NCBI GenBank assembly: GCA_050633245.1
Contig: JBOEGD010000020.1
Coordinates: 173,492-237,491, forward strand
DNA length: 64,000 nucleotides
Direction: 5' to 3'
Origin: Calditrichia bacterium
Lineage (GTDB): Bacteria > Calditrichota > Calditrichia > RBG-13-44-9 > J075
Shown: positions 60,636 to 64,000 of the stretch, in pieces
How the letters are laid out: each line of letters opens with the position of its first letter
Numbering within the stretch: the first letter of the stretch is position 1
Translations under genes and position numbers: made by a program
The notes under the pieces: generated by a model
Database searches by the model: none
Seen by the model: only the letters and a program-made list of their open reading frames with translations
What the model was told of the DNA's origin: nothing

Positions 60636-63422
60636 ATGTTAAGAAGTGTTACGATAAAAACCGTGCTTGGAATGCTGTTGTTTTTCAGCATTGCGCAAGC
60701 ACAAACCGGTGCATTGAACGGCCGTGTGTTGGATGCAGAAGATCAACTGCCTCTGGCCGGTGCCAACGTTTCGATTCCGACTTTAACGATTGGAGCGACA
60801 ACAGGTGGAAATGGAGAATTCCAAATTCTGAATATCCCGGAAGGAACCTATGATGTTGTTGTCGATTATCTTGGTTATCAGACATCATCACGTCCCCTCG
60901 AAATTTCTGCTGATCTGACGACTAACGCGCGCTTCGAGCTGTCTTCGGGAATTGTTGACGGTGAAGAGGTTGTGGTACTGGGTGAACGTTTGAAAGGACA
61001 GGCAAAAGCGTTGAATGTTCAGCGCAGCAATACAAATATTTCTAACATCGTTTCTTCTGATCAGGTTGGAAAATTTGCTGACTCGAATATTGGTGATGCG
61101 TTAAAGCGTGTTCCGGCAATTACCGTAAACTACGATCAGGGTGAAGCCCGTTTTGCAAACATTCGTGGAACTGAGCCTCGATTAAATTCCATTATGATTA
61201 ACGGTGAGCGCCTGCCTTCTGCCGAAGGTGAAATTCGCGCCGTGCAGCTAGACCTGATTCCAGCCGAAGTTATTCAGAGCATTGAAGTGTTTAAGGCTGT
61301 TACTCCTGATATGGAAGCAGACGCGATTGGCGGTGCGGTGAATTTGATTACACGTCAGGCACCGATTCAGCGTCGTATTTCCGGAACATTGGGAAGTGGA
61401 TACAATGTGTTGCGCGAAGAGCCTTTAGCTTCCGCTGCAGGAATTCTGGCAAATCGCTATGGCGATCGCAATCAGTTCGGCGTCGTGCTGAGTGGTTCTT
61501 ATAATGACAATCGCTTTGGTTCTGATAATACGGAAGGCGAGTGGGACGAAGATGACGGTGAAATTTTTGTAGATGAGTGGGATGTACGCCGCTACGACCT
61601 TCGCCGTCTCCGCCGCAGTGCCTCACTCTCGATGGACTATCAGTTGAACCCTCGCAATACCTTTTATGCCAAGGGGATTTTCAATATTCGCAAAGACTGG
61701 GAAAATCGCTTTCGCTACCGCGTAGGTCTGGATTCCATTCGTCCCGACGGAGCTTATATAATGGAAATTCGTCGACAGACGAAAGGCGGTATTGACACCG
61801 ATGAGATCGACAATAAGCGTCTGGAAGATCAGCGCACTTACAATATGTCTTTTTCCGGCGATCACATTATCGGAAAAGATATCAAGCTGAACTGGCTTGG
61901 TGCATACTCAAAGGCTTCGGAAGAACGCCCAAATGAACGCTATATCAGCTGGCGAAATAGAGATGTACCGTTTATTTGGGATTTCTCCGATCTGGAAGCG
62001 CCATTGTTTAGCGCGGCAAATGCCTCGGATGTTGAACCGGGAGAGTTTAGCCTTCGTGAGATTACGGAAGAGAATCAGTATACCGATGAGCAGGATTTTA
62101 CCGTACGCATGGATGTTGAAGTACCTGGTATATCCACTGGTGCGAACAAAAATTCCATGAAGTTTGGACTTCGCCATAAGAGTAAAGACAAGCGTCGTGA
62201 AAATAACTTTTTCGAATTCGAGCCGGTTGGTGATCGTTTCGATGACTTCTCTCAAGTTGTTTTTTCCGATCAGACAGATGAAGGATTCGAGCCGGGAGCT
62301 TATGAAATTGGTGATTTTACCACTCCTGAGCTGCTTGGATCTTTAGATTTAGATGATCCGAATCAATTCGAGAAGACAGATTTACCAGAAGAGTATGCAG
62401 CTGCAAACTATTCAGCTGAAGAAGATATTACCGCAGCATATGCCATGATTAATCAAAATATCGGTAGCAAGTTATTGCTTATCGGCGGTGTGCGTGTTGA
62501 AGCAACCGACATTAAGTATCGCGGTTTCGAGTATGATGAAAACACCGAAGCTGTGACTGCCACCGATGGTAACGATCAGTACATCAATGTTTTGCCAGGA
62601 TTTCATGCCCGCTATGAACTAACAGATCGCACGATACTACGAGGCGCCTGGACGAATACATTGGCTCGCCCCAACTATTATCAGCTGGTTCCATATCGTG
62701 CAGTCGCTGAAGACTTTGAAGAACTTGAGGCTGGAAACCCGGAGCTGGATCCTACTACTTCAATGAACTTCGACTTCATGGCTGAGCACTATTTTGCATC
62801 GGTTGGTCTGATTTCAGCCGGGGTGTTTTACAAAGACATTGATGACTTTATTTTTACAAATGTTACTGAAGACTATGTCGATCCGGTTACCGGAAACACA
62901 TTTGATGAGTTCTTTCAGCCGTTGAATGGGGCCAGTGCCTCGCTGCTTGGTTTTGAGTTTGCCTTCCAGCGTCAGCTGGGTTTTCTCCCTGGCATATTAG
63001 GTAATCTTGGTTTGTATTCAAACTATACTTACACCACTTCCGAGGCCGACAACCCGGAGTTCCGTGCCGAAGCAGATAGCGATGAGAAAATTGATCTGCC
63101 GGGAACGGCTCCTCATACCTTGAACCTTGCTTTGAATTACAATGGAAAGCGCCTGCTGCTTGGCGCATCGTTTAATTATACCAGTGATTATCTCGATCCG
63201 GATGCGTTGGATCTTACTCCTGGCCTGGAGCGCTTCTATGATGAGGTAACTTATCTGGATGTAAACGGTTCGTTCAAGTTTAGCGAGCAGCTGCGTTTGT
63301 TTGTTGAAGCCAATAACCTGCTGAACCAGCCGCTGCGTTATTATGCCGGCGATCCGTCAAGAACGTATCAGGCGGAATACTATCAGACCAAGTTTAATGT
63401 GGGTCTGAAGTTTGATATGTAA
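60636..63422 (+). CDS. TonB-dependent receptor (probably phosphorus-scavenging type)
   Basis: GGAGG RBS, GQAKALN, DSNIGDALKRVP, DQGEARF, KAVTPDMEADAIGG and terminal GLKFDM. Confidence 0.9.
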   Translation: MLRSVTIKTVLGMLLFFSIAQAQTGALNGRVLDAEDQLPLAGANVSIPTLTIGATTGGNGEFQILNIPEGTYDVVVDYLGYQTSSRPLEISADLTTNARFELSSGIVDGEEVVVLGERLKGQAKALNVQRSNTNISNIVSSDQVGKFADSNIGDALKRVPAITVNYDQGEARFANIRGTEPRLNSIMINGERLPSAEGEIRAVQLDLIPAEVIQSIEVFKAVTPDMEADAIGGAVNLITRQAPIQRRISGTLGSGYNVLREEPLASAAGILANRYGDRNQFGVVLSGSYNDNRFGSDNTEGEWDEDDGEIFVDEWDVRRYDLRRLRRSASLSMDYQLNPRNTFYAKGIFNIRKDWENRFRYRVGLDSIRPDGAYIMEIRRQTKGGIDTDEIDNKRLEDQRTYNMSFSGDHIIGKDIKLNWLGAYSKASEERPNERYISWRNRDVPFIWDFSDLEAPLFSAANASDVEPGEFSLREITEENQYTDEQDFTVRMDVEVPGISTGANKNSMKFGLRHKSKDKRRENNFFEFEPVGDRFDDFSQVVFSDQTDEGFEPGAYEIGDFTTPELLGSLDLDDPNQFEKTDLPEEYAAANYSAEEDITAAYAMINQNIGSKLLLIGGVRVEATDIKYRGFEYDENTEAVTATDGNDQYINVLPGFHARYELTDRTILRGAWTNTLARPNYYQLVPYRAVAEDFEELEAGNPELDPTTSMNFDFMAEHYFASVGLISAGVFYKDIDDFIFTNVTEDYVDPVTGNTFDEFFQPLNGASASLLGFEFAFQRQLGFLPGILGNLGLYSNYTYTTSEADNPEFRAEADSDEKIDLPGTAPHTLNLALNYNGKRLLLGASFNYTSDYLDPDALDLTPGLERFYDEVTYLDVNGSFKFSEQLRLFVEANNLLNQPLRYYAGDPSRTYQAEYYQTKFNVGLKFDM

Positions 63423-63434
63423 ATCGTGCTTTAT

Positions 63435-63475
63435 AAAAAAAGGGCCGCCCCGATTATCGGAGCGGCCCTTTTTTT
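63435..63475. terminator. Bidirectional intrinsic terminator
   Basis: A-run, AGGGCCGC...GCGGCCCT stem, then T-run. Confidence 0.85.
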
Positions 63476-63588
63476 ATGCTAAAAAGCGAATGTTTCCTCT
63501 ATATTTTTTTGATACGAATTTCTTTTGTGCTTCCACTTCATGCTGTGTAATTTATGCTGTCTGAAGCCAATGAAAACAAAGGGGAAAT

Positions 63589-64000
63589 ATGTTGCTTCTG
63601 CTAATTGGTATGTTCTGCATGGCATTTGCATTTGCTCAGGTTACTGAACCGGCTACTAAAAAGGTAGTTATTGCACATCGCGGTGCTTCCGGATATCTAC
63701 CTGAACACACTGCACCAGCCAAAACGATGGCCTATGCGATGGGAGCAGACTACCTGGAGCAGGATTTGGTGATGACAAAGGATGGACAGCTTTTAGTTCT
63801 CCACGATATTCACCTGGATACGGTGTCTGATGTTGCTAAAAAATTTCCTGATCGTATTCGCAATGATGGTCGTTTTTATGCAATTGATCTCACGCTTGCC
63901 GAAATTCATACATTGAACGTGTCGGAGCGCTTTAATCATAAAACCGGTGTTCCGATTTATCCTGCAAGATTTCCACATGCCGAGATTCCACTTCGCCTGC
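63589..64000 (+). CDS. glpQ: Glycerophosphodiester phosphodiesterase (3' truncated)
   Basis: Manual translation gives MLLLLIGMFCMAFAFAQ...VIAHRGASGYLPEHT...ADYLEQDLVMTKDGQLLVLHDIHLD; the frame runs off the window. Confidence 0.93.
   Translation, partial: MLLLLIGMFCMAFAFAQVTEPATKKVVIAHRGASGYLPEHTAPAKTMAYAMGADYLEQDLVMTKDGQLLVLHDIHLDTVSDVAKKFPDRIRNDGRFYAIDLTLAEIHTLNVSERFNHKTGVPIYPARFPHAEIPLRL

Overview
A gene-dense bacterial chromosome window of moderate GC. A beta-helix protein with a FlgD/T9SS-type C-terminal domain, three TonB-dependent receptors, beta-propeller hybrid kinases and an alpha2-type GlyRS suggest an FCB-associated lineage such as Calditrichota or KSB1 (inference only). I found no rRNA, tRNA, CRISPR array or transposase. 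Housekeeping genes are rsmA-mgtE-recO-glyQS, abgT, a C1 aminopeptidase, an MsbA-like exporter, an M23 peptidase, marR-yceI and dgkA. Accessory modules are a porin-imelysin-di-heme oxidoreductase iron module with a Fur-like box, a MalT-like regulator with a TBDR and an MDR oxidoreductase, a YtrA-type GntR with a membrane protein, and a TBDR plus glpQ behind a Pho-box-like promoter. The best candidate for an undescribed system is the overlapping operon GT4 glycosyltransferase / nucleotidyltransferase-fold protein / two cobalamin-dependent radical SAM enzymes (9.6-14.4 kb), divergent from an orphan ABC ATPase. Other notable items are an intact but catalytically gutted NRPS-derived protein, a PQQ-propeller/esterase fusion lacking its catalytic Ser and His, a candidate sigma28-driven structured RNA, a sigma54-type promoter before an orphan lipoprotein and a four-repeat lipoprotein. 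All family calls come from reading motifs by eye; no database searches were run.
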